64,000 nucleotides of DNA from NCBI GenBank assembly GCA_950097015.1, contig CATNEN010000041.1, positions 2,418,001 to 2,482,000 on the forward strand, read 5' to 3'. The notes beneath the pieces were generated by a model, which saw only the letters and a program-made list of their open reading frames with translations, made no database searches and was not told the DNA's origin. Made by a program: the position numbers and the translations under genes. Every line of letters begins with the position of its first letter. Position 1 is the stretch's first letter. Positions 1 through 11,306 of this stretch are shown here, piece after piece. Source of the DNA: Macrostomum hystrix. Its lineage: Eukaryota > Animalia > Platyhelminthes.

Positions 1-236
1 CCCCAGCCCTATCTCACTCCAAATCTCACCCAGCCATATCTCACTCCAAATCTCACCCAGCCCTATCTCACCCCAAATCTCACCCAGCCCTATCTCACCC
101 CAAATCTCACCCAGCCATATCTCACTCCAAATCTCACCCAGCCATATCTCACTCCAAATCTCACCCAGCCATATCTCACCCCAAATCTCACCCAGCCCTA
201 TCTCACTCCAAATCTCACCCAGCCCTATCTCACTCT
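1..236. repeat. 27-bp minisatellite (CCCAGCCCTATCTCACTCCAAATCTCA), intronic, truncated by the window edge
   Basis: About 8-9 near-identical tandem units are visible. Confidence 0.95.
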
Positions 237-418
237 GCAGTCTCTTTAGACTAGCGAAAATCTCACTTCAAATCTCATTTACCTTCCTACTATCTTATTT
301 TCTCATAGTAGGCTCTCCAATCTCACCCTGTCATCTCAGTCTATCCGATTGTGCAATATCCTATTTCCCTGCTTGTCTAATCTCAACATCCCCAGCCATC
401 TCACTGTCCGCCTTGCAG

Positions 419-1147
419 AGTTCATCCACATTTACTTCCGAGACCGCAGCGATGCGGAGGTGTACCTGGACAGGGCTACTCGCGTGGGGGCCCTGGCACC
501 CTCCTGGTGCAACCCGAAGGCCTACTCCAAGCATAATGTGTACATCACCTCGCTGCCCTACTTCCTGCTGGCCAAGGACGCCCTTTGTCAGTACATTCGA
601 ACGTTTGTGCTGCCCGGCTGCGGCTCACGTGACCCGATCCGGCGGGCCCGCGTGGACCCGGACAAGCGCTCCGCCCAGGTGGAGTTTCACCGCAGCGAAG
701 ACGCCGAGAGTCTCATCGAGCACTTCCACCGCCACATGGACGCCAACGCCCGCCCAGCCTTCGAGAGCAAGGAGCAGAGGTGCGTCTTTGTTTGAGGCGG
801 TTTGCTCTTTGCCTCATGTGTCTTTGTTTGAGGCGGTTTGCTCTTTGCCTCATGTGTCTTTGTTTAAGGCGGTTTGCTCTTTGCCTCATGTGTCTTTGTT
901 TGAGGCGGTTTGCTCTTTGCCTCATGTGTCTTTGTTTGAGGCGGTTTGCTCTTTGCCTCATGTGTCTTTGTTTGAGGCGGTTTGCTCTTTGCCTCATGTG
1001 TCTTTGTTTGAGGCGGTTTGCTCTTTGCCTCATGTGTCTTTGTTTGAGGCGGTTTGCTCTTTGCCTCATGTGTTTTCGTTTTATTATCTCAGGCCGTTGT
1101 CTATCGCCGAACCTTCCAGATCCGAGGACTGCAGGAAGCAGGACTGA
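419..1147 (+). CDS. 3' end of a multi-RRM RNA-binding protein; exons 419..779 and 1093..1147 (5' exons outside the window)
   Basis: Acceptor ttgcag|419 and donor 779|gtgcgt (phase 2) join to ctcag|1093. The product has RNP2-like NVYITSLP, RNP1-like SAQVEF followed by SEDAESLI, and a beta4-like RPLSI before TGA at 1145-1147. The preceding IHIYFRDRSDAE looks like the end of an earlier RRM. Confidence 0.65.
   Translation, partial: SSSTFTSETAAMRRCTWTGLLAWGPWHPPGATRRPTPSIMCTSPRCPTSCWPRTPFVSTFERLCCPAAAHVTRSGGPAWTRTSAPPRWSFTAAKTPRVSSSTSTATWTPTPAQPSRARSRGASLFEAVCSLPHVSLFEAVCSLPHVSLFKAVCSLPHVSLFEAVCSLPHVSLFEAVCSLPHVSLFEAVCSLPHVSLFEAVCSLPHVSLFEAVCSLPHVFSFYYLRPLSIAEPSRSEDCRKQD
781..1073. repeat. 36-bp minisatellite filling almost the whole RRM-gene intron
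   Basis: TGTCTTTGTTTGAGGCGGTTTGCTCTTTGCCTCATG x about 8, starting at the donor. Confidence 0.95.
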
Positions 1148-1639
1148 GGATGCCGCGGGTTCCGCTCAGGCTCTGCTGCTCTCGCCGCGCACAATGAAGT
1201 GATTTACCAAAACATTTTTTGTATCTCCCGCAAACTGCTTAACTACCTACTATGTAATGCCTGTCGACAAGATGAAGCCCCCTTTTTAGTGTTCGCCGCC
1301 GCTATCCATATATTTAACTGTCTCCGTGTGCCCGCCTGATGCCGGAGGCCCACTGCCTCCCACCTGTCCACTTGTATATGCGCGCTGCTTTCCATTGTGT
1401 CCCAATTGATCCCCTCATTCTGGGAATTCTCTCCGACACCCTGCTCACGATGGTGCAAGCGAATCTTTGCTCTTCTTTCGAGTGTGCCTTCCAAGCCTTT
1501 GGCCTGTCAGCCAATCCGAATTTGCTAGCCGCATCAGCCAAATAAAACATGCACTGGGCCTCGGCTTCTCGGCTGTCATGCCTGACTTGATACACTTCTT
1601 ATAAAAGCTTTCGCTGGTTTGGGGCAATGGTTTGTTTGG

Positions 1640-2170
1640 TTCCAACTGAGCCTGCCTGATGGATTCCAGCTATTCCAACTGAGCCTGCCTGATGGATTCC
1701 ACCCATTCCAACTGACCCTGCCTGATGGATTCCACCCATTCCAACTGACCCTGCCCGATGGATTCCACCTATTCCAACTGAGCCTGCCTGATGGATTCCA
1801 GCTATTCCAACTGACCCTGCCTGATGGATTCCAGCTATTCCGACTGACCCTGCCTGATGGATTCCACCCATTCCAACTGACCCTGCCTGGTGGATTCCAG
1901 CTATTCCAACTGACACTGCCTGATGGATTCCACCAATTCCAACTGACCCTGCATGATGGATTCCAGCTATTCCAACTGACCCTGCCTGATGGATTCCAGC
2001 TTTTCCAACTGACCCTGCCTGATGGATTCCAGCTATTCCAACTGACCCTGCCCGATGGATTCCAGCTATTCCAACTGACCCTGCCTGATGGATTCCAGCT
2101 ATTCCAACTGACCCTGCCTGATGGATTCCAGCTATTCCAACTGACCCTGCCTGATGGATTCCAGCCAACT
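1640..2170. repeat. 33-bp minisatellite
   Basis: TTCCAACTGACCCTGCCTGATGGATTCCAGCTA x about 16. Confidence 0.95.
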
Positions 2171-2989
2171 GACCCCGTGCATTTGTCTGCTCAATAGACT
2201 GGACGCATGAGAACGGCTGAGCCCTGCCTCGATGAGTTCTGAGCAGTTCTGAAGTGAGTTCTGATGAGTTCTGCGCAATTCTGAGCTGCCACTCTGAGCC
2301 GACAATGTGATGTCTGACGGATTTCTCAGTTGTTGGGGACGTGGGTCAAGGCTATGAACATGGCTGGGTGAGGCCATTGTCAGCCCATTGAAGTGGGGCT
2401 GGTCCGGGATGTGAAAAAGACGAGAAAAAAAAATGGATTTAACTGTGAGCTGTAGCCGCATGCAAGCTGCTCACAAAGAGAGCTCAGTGCTCAGCCCATG
2501 TCAGCCATCCGCGACTTGCAAGTTGGAAATCTTTTCCCCTTCTGTATGTCTCCCTCTCTGCTTTTAGCCCCAGAGTCATTGGCACACTTCCTGAAATGGG
2601 GTGCTGCTCAGCCGCCAAATCCTGGATCTGCTTCACTGCAGCAGCCGCGGTCACGCGCCTCCCCCAATTTGCCTCCCCTCCCGGCCGCTGCACCTCAGAT
2701 TTTAAGCACACACTCACAGCTCTTGTGCTTGAGCAAGAAGAATGTTACTGCCGAAGCCAGGCTTGCAGTGGATTTGTCCCATTGTGTAACGAGACTTCAT
2801 TGTTTCTAGGCGCCACTTTCACTTTCCGCCATTGTCTGCCGCCGTTCTGCAACTGGGAGGTAGGCAATGTGCGCCTCTGCTTAGAGCTTGGATGCTTGCA
2901 TTGGCAAGAATATGGAAAACTGATTCTCTTAATATTTCTGAGGCTCACTAGCAGCTTTTTCTAGAATTCTATTCGTTTTTTGTCCACGT

Positions 2990-4070
2990 CAGCGAGTGTG
3001 TCACAGATCTGCGTCAGTGCGTCAGTCAGAGATCTGGGTCAGTGCGTCAGTCAGAGATCTGGGTCAGTGCGTCAGTCAGAGATCTGTTTCGGTGGTTCAG
3101 TCAGAGATCTGGGTCAGTGGGTCAGTCAGAGATCTGTTTCGGTGGTTCAGTCAGAGATCTGGGTCAGTGGGTCAGTCAGCAAGGGTGTCAGAGATCTGGG
3201 TCTTTGGGTCAGTCAGCGAGTGTGTCAGAGATCTGTTTCGGTGGTTCAGTCAGAGATCTGGGTCAGTGGGTCAGTCAGCGGGTGTGTCAGAGATCTGGGT
3301 CAGTGCGTCAGTCAGAGATCTGGGTCAGTGGGTCAGTCAGAGATCTGTTTCGGTGGTTCAGTCAGAGATCTGGGTCAGTGGGTCAGTCAGCAAGGGTGTC
3401 AGAGATCTGGGTCTTTGGGTCAGTCAGCGAGTGTGTCAGAGATCTGTTTTGGTGGCTCAGTCAGAGATCTGGGTCAGTGGGTCAGTCAGCAAGGGTGTCA
3501 GAGATCTGGGTCGTTGGGTCAATTGGCAATTATATCAGAGATCTGGGTCAGTGGGTCAGTCAGCGAGTGTGTCGGAGATCTGGGTCAGTCAGCGAGTGTG
3601 TCGGAGATCTGGGTCAGTCAGCGAGTGTGTCGGAGATCTGGGTCAGTGCGTCAGTCAGAGATCTGGGTCAGTGGGTCAGTCAGAGATCTGCGTCAGTGGG
3701 TCAGTCAGAGATCTGTTTCGGTGGTTCAGTCAGAGATCTGGGTCAGTGGGTCAGTCAGTGGGTGTGTCAGAGATCTGGGTCAGTGCGTCAGTCAGAGATC
3801 TGGGTCAGTGGGTCAGTCAGAGATCTGTTTCGGTGGTTCAGTCAGAGATCTGGGTCAGTGGGTCAGTCAGCAAGGGTGTCAGAGATCTGGGTCTTTGGGT
3901 CAGTCAGCGAGTGTGTCAGAGATCTGTTTTGGTGGTTCAGTCAGAGATCTGGGTCAGTGGGTCAGTCAGCAAGGATGTCAGAGATCTGGGTCGTTGGGTC
4001 AATTGGCAATTATATCAGAGATCTGGGTCAGTGGGTCAGTCAGCGAGTGTGTCGGAGATCTGGGTCAGTG
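2990..4070. repeat. Complex minisatellite built on GTCAGAGATCTGGGTCAGT with higher-order duplication
   Basis: Interspersed variant units; the CAATTGGCAATTATAT variant recurs at about 3520 and 4000. Confidence 0.9.
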
Positions 4071-4237
4071 TAAATTTTACTGCAAATGACAATGAAGATG
4101 TCAGTAAGATTAATTTCGGCAGTTCAGATTGTTGACAAAGATGCTTGTGAGTCACAGAATTGTCGGGAATGGAGCAGTGAGCAGGTGAGCTCGGCCCTGG
4201 TGACATTGCTGAGGCCATTGATGCACTTTCTTATTTC

Positions 4238-7095
4238 ATGGATCTAAAGTTCATGCTGGCCAAAGTTGTCGAGCAACATCAGCAGCAGCAGCAGCAGCAC
4301 AGGTTTAAATCGGCTGCTACTTGTCGTGCAGTCGATCTGGACTGTCTATGGCCGACAGCCCTGGTGCACACCTGCCACCTGCAGAGCAAGCAGCAGCAGC
4401 AGCAGCAGCAGCAAAGCCGACCTATCAAGCCAGCGGCTGTATCCTCTGCGACGCAGGTCCGTCTGCTGACTAGCCGGCCGCTGGGCCATCTGCCCGGCGT
4501 TCAGAGAGCGGCTTCAGGCGACCTGGATCTGTGCATGTGAGTGACAGGCTGTGCATGTGAGTGACAGGCTGTGCATGTGAGTGACAGGCTGTGCATGTGA
4601 GTGACAGGCTGTGCATGTGAGTGACAGACTGTGCATGTGAGTGACAGGCTGTGCATGTGAGTGACAGACTGTGCATGTGAGTGACAGGCTGTGCATGTGA
4701 GTGACAGACTGTGCATGTGAGTGACAGGCTGTGCATGTAAGTGACAGGCTGTGCATGTGAGTGACAGACTGCATGTGAGTGACAGACTGTGCATGTGAGT
4801 GACAGACTGTGCATGTGAGTGACAGACTGTGCATGTGAGTGACAGACTGTGCATGTGAGTGACAGACTGCATGTGAGTGACAGGCTGTGCATGTGAGTGA
4901 CAGACTGTGCATGTGAGTGACAGGCTGTGCATGTGAGTGACAGGCTGTGCATGTGAGTGACAGGCTGTGCATACTTTCAGATTGCAAAGCTTTTCCATTG
5001 AGCGACAAAAGCCATCAGATTCTCTGCAGCAGCAACAGCTACATTCTACCTGGCCAATAAGGCTTGCTGAATTCATTTTTAATTTACTGTTTCTAAACAA
5101 ACCCTCGTCAGTTAGTCTGGATTCAATGACAAGCTGGCGGCCTTGCGGGGTTATGCGATATAAATTTTTTATTTCATTGTTGGCCCGCAATGCAGACTCT
5201 GATTGCTGGATCCCGGATTTGTTGGGTTTGTCTCTCAGCCCTGCAACAGCCTCTCAGGTGTAACAGGAGTGTCTCTCAGCCCTGCCACAGCCACTCGGGT
5301 GTAACAGGAGTGTCTCTCAGCCCTGCAACAGCCACTCAGGTGTAACAGGAGTGTCTCTCAGCCCTGCCACAGCCTCTCAGGTGTAACAGGAGTGTCTCTC
5401 AGCCCTGCAACAGCCTCTCAGGTGTAACAGGAGTGTCTCTCAGCCCTGCAACAGCCTCTCAGGTGTAACAGGAGTGTCTAACACATCTACCACAGCCTCT
5501 CAGGTGTAACAGGAGTGTCTCTCAGCCCTGCCACAGCCACTCGGGTGTAACAGGAGTGTCTCTCAGCCCTGCAACAGCCACTCAGGTGTAACAGGAGTGT
5601 CTCTCAGCCCTGCCACAGCCTCTCAGGTGTAACAGGAGTGTCTAACAGCTCTGCCACAGTCTCTCAGGTGTAACAGGAGTGTCTCTCAGCCCTGCAACAG
5701 CCTCTCAGGTGTAACAGGAGTGTCTCTCAGCCCTGCCACAGCCTCTCAGGTGTAACAGGAGTGTCTCTCAGCCCTGCCACAGCCTCTCAGGTGTAACAGG
5801 AGTGTCTAACAGCTCTGCCACAGTCTCTCAGGTGTAACAGGAGTGTCTCTCAGCCCTGCAACAGCCTCTCAGGTGTAACAGGAGTGTCTCTCAGCCCTGC
5901 CACAGCCTCTCAGGTGTAACAGGAGTGTCTAACAGCTCTGCCACAGTCTCTCAGGTGTAACAGGAGTGTCTAACAGCTCTGCCACAGTCTCTCAGGTGTA
6001 ACAGGAGTGTCTCTCAGCCCTGCAACAGCCTCTCAGGTGTAACAGGAGTGTCTAACACATCTACCACAGCCTCTCAGGTGTAACAGGAGTGTCTAACACA
6101 TCTACCACAGCCTCTCAGGTGTAACAGGAGTGTCTCTCAGCCCTGCCACAGCCTCTCAGGTGTAACAGGAGTGTCTAACAGCTCTGCCACAGTCTCTCAG
6201 GTGTAACAGGAGTGTCTAAAACATCTACCACAGCCACTCAGGTGTAACAGGAGTGTCTCTCAGCCCTGCCACAGTCTCTCAGGTGTAACAGGAGTGTCTC
6301 TCAGCCCTGCCACAGTCTCTCAGGTGTAACAGGAGTGTCTAAAACATCTACCACAGCCACTCAGGTGTAACAGGAGTGTCTCTCAGCCCTGCAACAGCCT
6401 CTCAGGTGTAACAGGAGTGTCTCTCAGCCCTGCAACAGCCACTCAGGTGTAACAGGAGTGTCTAACAGCTCCGAGTCGGTGAGGGTTATATTTCAGATGA
6501 CAATTCGTCGATTTGTTTCAATTTTCGAGATCAGAGAAATTTCCGCTCAAATTTTCGCTTGTGGATTCTGTGAAGTCCCATCGCTCATTGGGAGCTGGAG
6601 TTGGTGCAACAACTTCCTATTTCCCTTCGGCGCTCCCCTCAGGCCAGTATTATTTTCCCCATTTCCCACAAGCAGCGCGACCCGCCCACCCGCGTTCCCA
6701 GGCTGTTGCCATGGGGGGGAGTTTAAGAGCGGAGCTCCGGGCGAGAAACTCAGCAAACAGCCCAGCCTCCGCGCCTCATCAGGTCGGCTCTCCGTACCCG
6801 GCAGAGCTCACGCCTCACATTGTTTCAGCGGCTCCCCAATGGCAGAAAATCTGCCCGCATCTGTTCCCGCATTTTCCTATCTTTTTAATTCCCCTCCGGC
6901 TCCCGGCCCCCGCACATCGAGTTGAGCCGCCCTGCCAGAGCATCCGCTGGCTGGTCTCGGCCATAGAGTGCTGCTCCGCGCTTTGGGACGCCCTGGGTTT
7001 CCATGGCAACCAGTACGTCCCACTGATCCCCAATGCAGTCTGGCGCGTGGCAGGCGAGAAGGCGATATCCTGGAAGACTGCCGTCCCTTGCTGGT

Positions 7096-7132
<37 letters not shown>

Positions 7133-10100
7133 TGGCACTGTTGGCAGGCTGGGTCAACCTGCCCTACGACAGTCTGCGGCTCGACTTCAGGCAGACTCCC
7201 ACTCCTGAGCAGGAGGCATTCAGCTACCGGCTGTCCCTGTACCAGTGAGTCACAGGCCTGAGGGTTCCTTTGCGTGTCCCTGAGGTTCAATCTGTGGCTG
7301 ACGCCATGAATGAGCGACTCTGCCAATGAAGGAGTGACTCTCTGCCAATGAAGGAGTGACTCTGCCAATTTTGGACTGACTCTCTGACAATGAAGGAGTG
7401 ACTCTGCCAATGAAGGAGTGACTCTCTGCCAATGAAGGAGTGACTCTCTGCCAATGAAGGAGTGACTCTCTGCCAATGAAGGAGTGACTGCCAATGAAGG
7501 AGTGACTCTATGCCAATGAAGGAGTGACTCTCTGCCAATGAAGGAGTGACTCTCTGCCAATGAAGGAGTGACTGCCAATGAAGGAGTGACTCTATGCCAA
7601 TGAAGGAGTGACTCTCTGCCAATGAAGGAGTGACTGCCAATGATGGAGTGACTCTCTGCCAATGAAGGAGTGACTCTCTGCCAATGAAGGAGTGACTCTC
7701 TGCCAATGAAGGAGTGACTCTCTGCCAATGATGGAGTGACTCTCTGCCAATGAAGGAGTGACTGCCAATGAAGGAGTGACTCTTTGCCAATTAATTTTGC
7801 GAACAAAGGAAGATTTTTCTCTTATACTCTAAGCTGTGTTGCATTCGCTTATCTGGCTACTTTAAGTAGAAACTGAGAGTTTCTGTGTAATTTTAGCAGT
7901 CGTGGTTCGCACAAAAGAATGCAGAGGTGAGTTTAGTGCAGTGTGCTGGCAGACAGCTATAATTACGCAATTTGGGGTTGGCGCAATTAAATATAATTTG
8001 AGCTCCTGCAAGGCTAACAAAGAATTGATTGACACGCTTAGATGTGACTTGCGAACCCTTATCAAGCTTGTCCACTACGACAAAGCGTTAGCTTCACTTT
8101 CGAGTTGCCAACTCGCACACAAAAGTTTTTCGGGCCGTCTCTGGAGTGGCTCTGTGTCAGCTGGCATGAATAAATTAGTTGAATTACTTGCCCTGGCTCG
8201 AGCTCACGCTGAGAGACACGAATTGCAACGCTGAGGTACTGCTTTCCTACCTTGCAAGAGACTGAAAGCACGGGCAAGTGAAAGCGGCCTGATCTGCCGG
8301 TCTCTAGCGATAGGCTGCAGAGGCCTCCCCGCCTCCCCAACCTGCCGTGAGTTCCCCATGCCTTCTACCGAGAAGCATTTTTAAACCGGCCGATCCATAT
8401 CCACCGCCTCAACCAGCTGAGCCCTGCAACCACCACTGCAACCAGCTGAGCCCTGCAACCACCACTGCAACCAGCTGAGCCCTGCAACCACCACTGCAAC
8501 CAGCTGAGCCCTGCAACCACCACTGCAACCAGCTGAGCCCTGCAACCATCACTGCAACCAGCTGAGCCCTGCAACCACCACTGCAACCAGCTGAGCCCTG
8601 CAACCACCACTGCAACCAGCTGAGCCCTGCAACCACCACTGCAACCAGCTGAGCCCTGCAACCATCACTGCAACCAGCTGAGCCCTGCAACCATCACTGC
8701 AACCATCACTGCAACCAGCTGAGCCCTGCAACCATCACTGCAACCAACACTGCAACCAGCTGAGCCCTGCAACCATCACTGCAACCAGCTGAGCCCTGCA
8801 ACCACCACTGCAACCAGCTGAGCCCTGCAACCATCACTGCAACCAGCTGAGCCCTGCAACCATCACTGCAACCACCACTGCAACCAGCAGAGCCCTGCAA
8901 CCATCACTGCAACCACCCCTGCAACCAGCTGAGCCCTGCAACCATCACTGCAACCACCACTGCAACCAGCTGAGCCCTGCAACCACCACTGCAACCAGCT
9001 GAGCCCTGCAACCACCACTGCAACCAGCTGAGCCCTGCAGCCACCACTGCAACCAGCTGAGCCCTGCAACCACCACTGCAACCAGCTGAGCCCTGCAACC
9101 ACCACTGCAACCAGCTGAGCCCTGCAACCATCACTGCAACCAGCTGAGCCCTGCAACCACCACTGCAACCAGCTGAGCCCTGCAACCATCACTGCAACCA
9201 GCTGAGCCCTGCAACCATCACTGCAACCACCACTGCAACCAGCTGAGCCCTGCAACCACCACTGCAACCAGCAGAGCCCTGCAACCATCACTGCAACCAC
9301 CCCTGCAACCAGCTGAGCCCTGCAACCATCACTGCAACCACCACTGCAACCAGCTGAGCCACTGCAAACAGCTGAGCCACTGCAACCAGCTGAGCCACTG
9401 CAACCAGCTGAGCCACTGCAACCAGCTGAGCCACTGCAACCAGCTGAGCCACTGCAACCAGCTGAGCCACTGCAACCAGCTGAGCCACTGCAACCAGCTG
9501 AGCCACTGCAACCAGCTGAGCCACTGCAACCAGCTGAGCCACTGCAACCAGCTGAGCCACTGCAACCAGCTGAGCCACTGCAACCAGCTGAGCCACTGCA
9601 ACCAGCTGAGCCACTGCAACCAGCTGAGCCACTGCAACCAGCTGAGCCACTGCAACCAGCTGAGCCACTGCAACCAGCTGAGCCACTGCAACCAGCTGAG
9701 CCACTGCAACCAGCTGAGCCACTGCAACCAGCTGAGCCACTGCAACCAGCTGAGCCACTGCAACCAGCTGAGCCACTGCAACCAGCTGAGCCACTGCAAC
9801 CAGCTGAGCCACTGCAACCAGCTGAGCCACTGCAACCAGCTGAGCCACTGCAACCAGCTGAGCCACTGCAACCAGCTGAGCCACTGCAACCAGCTGAGCC
9901 ACTGCAACCAGCTGAGCCACTGCAACCAGCTGAGCCACTGCAACCAGCTGAGCCACTGCAACCAGCTGAGCCACTGCAACCAGCTGAGCCACTGCAACCA
10001 GCTGAGCTACTGCAACCAGCTGAGCCACTGAAAACAGCTGAGCCCGGCATGACGGACCGAGCTGCACCCAGCGAGTCAGCCGCCGTGCTGCCCTACCTGC

Positions 10101-11011
10101 CCCCAGCCAGCCTGTGGTCGCAGCGGGTGCAGAGCAATGTGTACTTTTACCGCTTCTGGAACTCCAACCTGGCGCCCCCCATGCCGGATGCGGCCAACTT
10201 GCCCGAGATCTGCTGCCACAACGGACGGTGAGCGCGGCCCAGAACTGCTCAAAACCTGCCATGGGGAATTCGTCTGACAGTTGGGAGTTCACTTTGAGCT
10301 TGCTATTGTCCTGCTTAAGTTTTTGGACCAACTCGCGTGTCAAATAAAATCAAAACAATAGTTTTTGCTCCCAACCTAACTGACAAACTTACCAACTCCC
10401 AGTCCCACCGAATCCCAGTCCCACCGAATCCCAGTCCCACCGAATCCCAGTCCCACCGAATCCCAGTCCCACCGAATCCCAGTGCCACCGAATCCAAGTC
10501 CCACCGAATCCCAGTCCCACCGAATCCCAGTCCCACCGACTCCCAGTCCCACCGAATCCCAGTCCCACCGACTCCCAGTCCCACCGAATCCCAGTCCCAC
10601 CGACTCCCAGTCTCACCCAATCTCTGTCTCACCCAATCCAAGTCTCACCCAATCCCAGTCCCACCCAATCCCCGTCTCAACCAATCCCATTCTCAGTCTC
10701 CATCCCCGTCTCAACCAATTCCCGTCTCAACCAATCCTAGTCTCAACCAATCCCCGTCTCAACCAATCACAGTCTCAGTCTCCACCCCAGTCTCCATCAA
10801 CAGAGCAACCTGTGTAACCCAGTCATCGAGTCGCTAAGCCTTGAGCAATGCAAAACTAAACTAATCATAGTTTTAGCCTAACCACTAAACTAACCATTAA
10901 AGATCCCCCTTGAAGTATACCGACCGCCTTCCCATTCCCTCTCACTGTTCCAGCCAGGACAACAGTCCGATTTTGTGTCACGGGGTTTTAGCAATGTCGG
11001 CTTCCTCCTAG
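4238..11011 (+). CDS. Highly divergent TEAD/Scalloped YAP-binding-domain-like protein; exons 4238..4456 (tentative), 7099..7244, 8261..8346, 10038..10227, 10954..11011
   Basis: GT-AG junctions are phase-compatible (0, 2, 1, 2) and end at TAG 11009-11011. Colinear by-eye matches to TEAD1: LALLAGWVNL ~ AFFLVKFWADL; AFSYRLSLYQ ~ AFYGVTSQYE; SESGLICRSLAIGCRG ~ SENMTVTCSTKVCSFG; SNVYFYRFWNSNL ~ NGRFVYRINRSPM; RQDNSPILCHGVLAMS ~ RDTQETLLCMACVFEVS. Confidence 0.55.
4530..4972. repeat. 20-bp minisatellite (TGTGCATGTGAGTGACAGGC)
   Basis: About 22 units, some with 2-bp deletions. Confidence 0.95.
5231..6470. repeat. 41-bp minisatellite
   Basis: AGGTGTAACAGGAGTGTCTCTCAGCCCTGCCACAGCCTCTC x about 30; two unit subtypes interleave. 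Confidence 0.95.
7315..7790. repeat. 22-bp minisatellite (CTGCCAATGAAGGAGTGACTCT) with length variants
   Basis: About 22 units in the intron after the 7245 donor. Confidence 0.95.
8410..10047. repeat. Compound array: 29-bp units (8410-9340), then about 39 18-bp units ACTGCAACCAGCTGAGCC running into the exon
   Basis: Read directly; the 18-bp unit is a deletion derivative of the 29-bp unit. Confidence 0.95.
10398..10790. repeat. 16-bp minisatellite (CCCAGTCCCACCGAAT) degenerating 3'
   Basis: Read directly. Confidence 0.9.
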
Positions 11012-11306
11012 CCTCTTCCCCAGTCTTACCGGCCAGGTGAACTGTCAGGGCACAGTGCTCACGCTGTCAGGCTTGAAGAGTTGCTGAGCACAGCCTCCTG
11101 CTTGAGCAGGGCGCATCAGGAGGTGTCCAGCTGTGGAGTCGCATCTTCGCTCTGAGCCATGGTTTCTCTCCATCTTAGAGCAGTCTGCTGCTGTGCCTCT
11201 AAAGCCATTAATTATTGATGGGCCGCCTCCCCCCGCCTCTCGGGGCTAGTTGCTAGGGGCTGGTGGGGGAAAGAACTCCCGGGACCACTTGAGAAGCTGC
11301 TCAAGG

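Noticed and set aside
1243-1645. Possible LINE/RT remnant on the minus strand
   Set aside because: No recognisable RT, endonuclease or zinc-knuckle motif in any frame.
2980-4135. Three overlapping 340-380-aa ORFs; likewise the 8863-10050 and 15192-16163 minus-strand ORFs
   Set aside because: Translations of minisatellites with frame-breaking unit variants.
5231-6470. CRISPR-like regular repeats (also 57798-59568 and 32647-32933)
   Set aside because: Units are head-to-tail with no unique spacers, there are no cas genes, and the context is eukaryotic intron or intergenic DNA.
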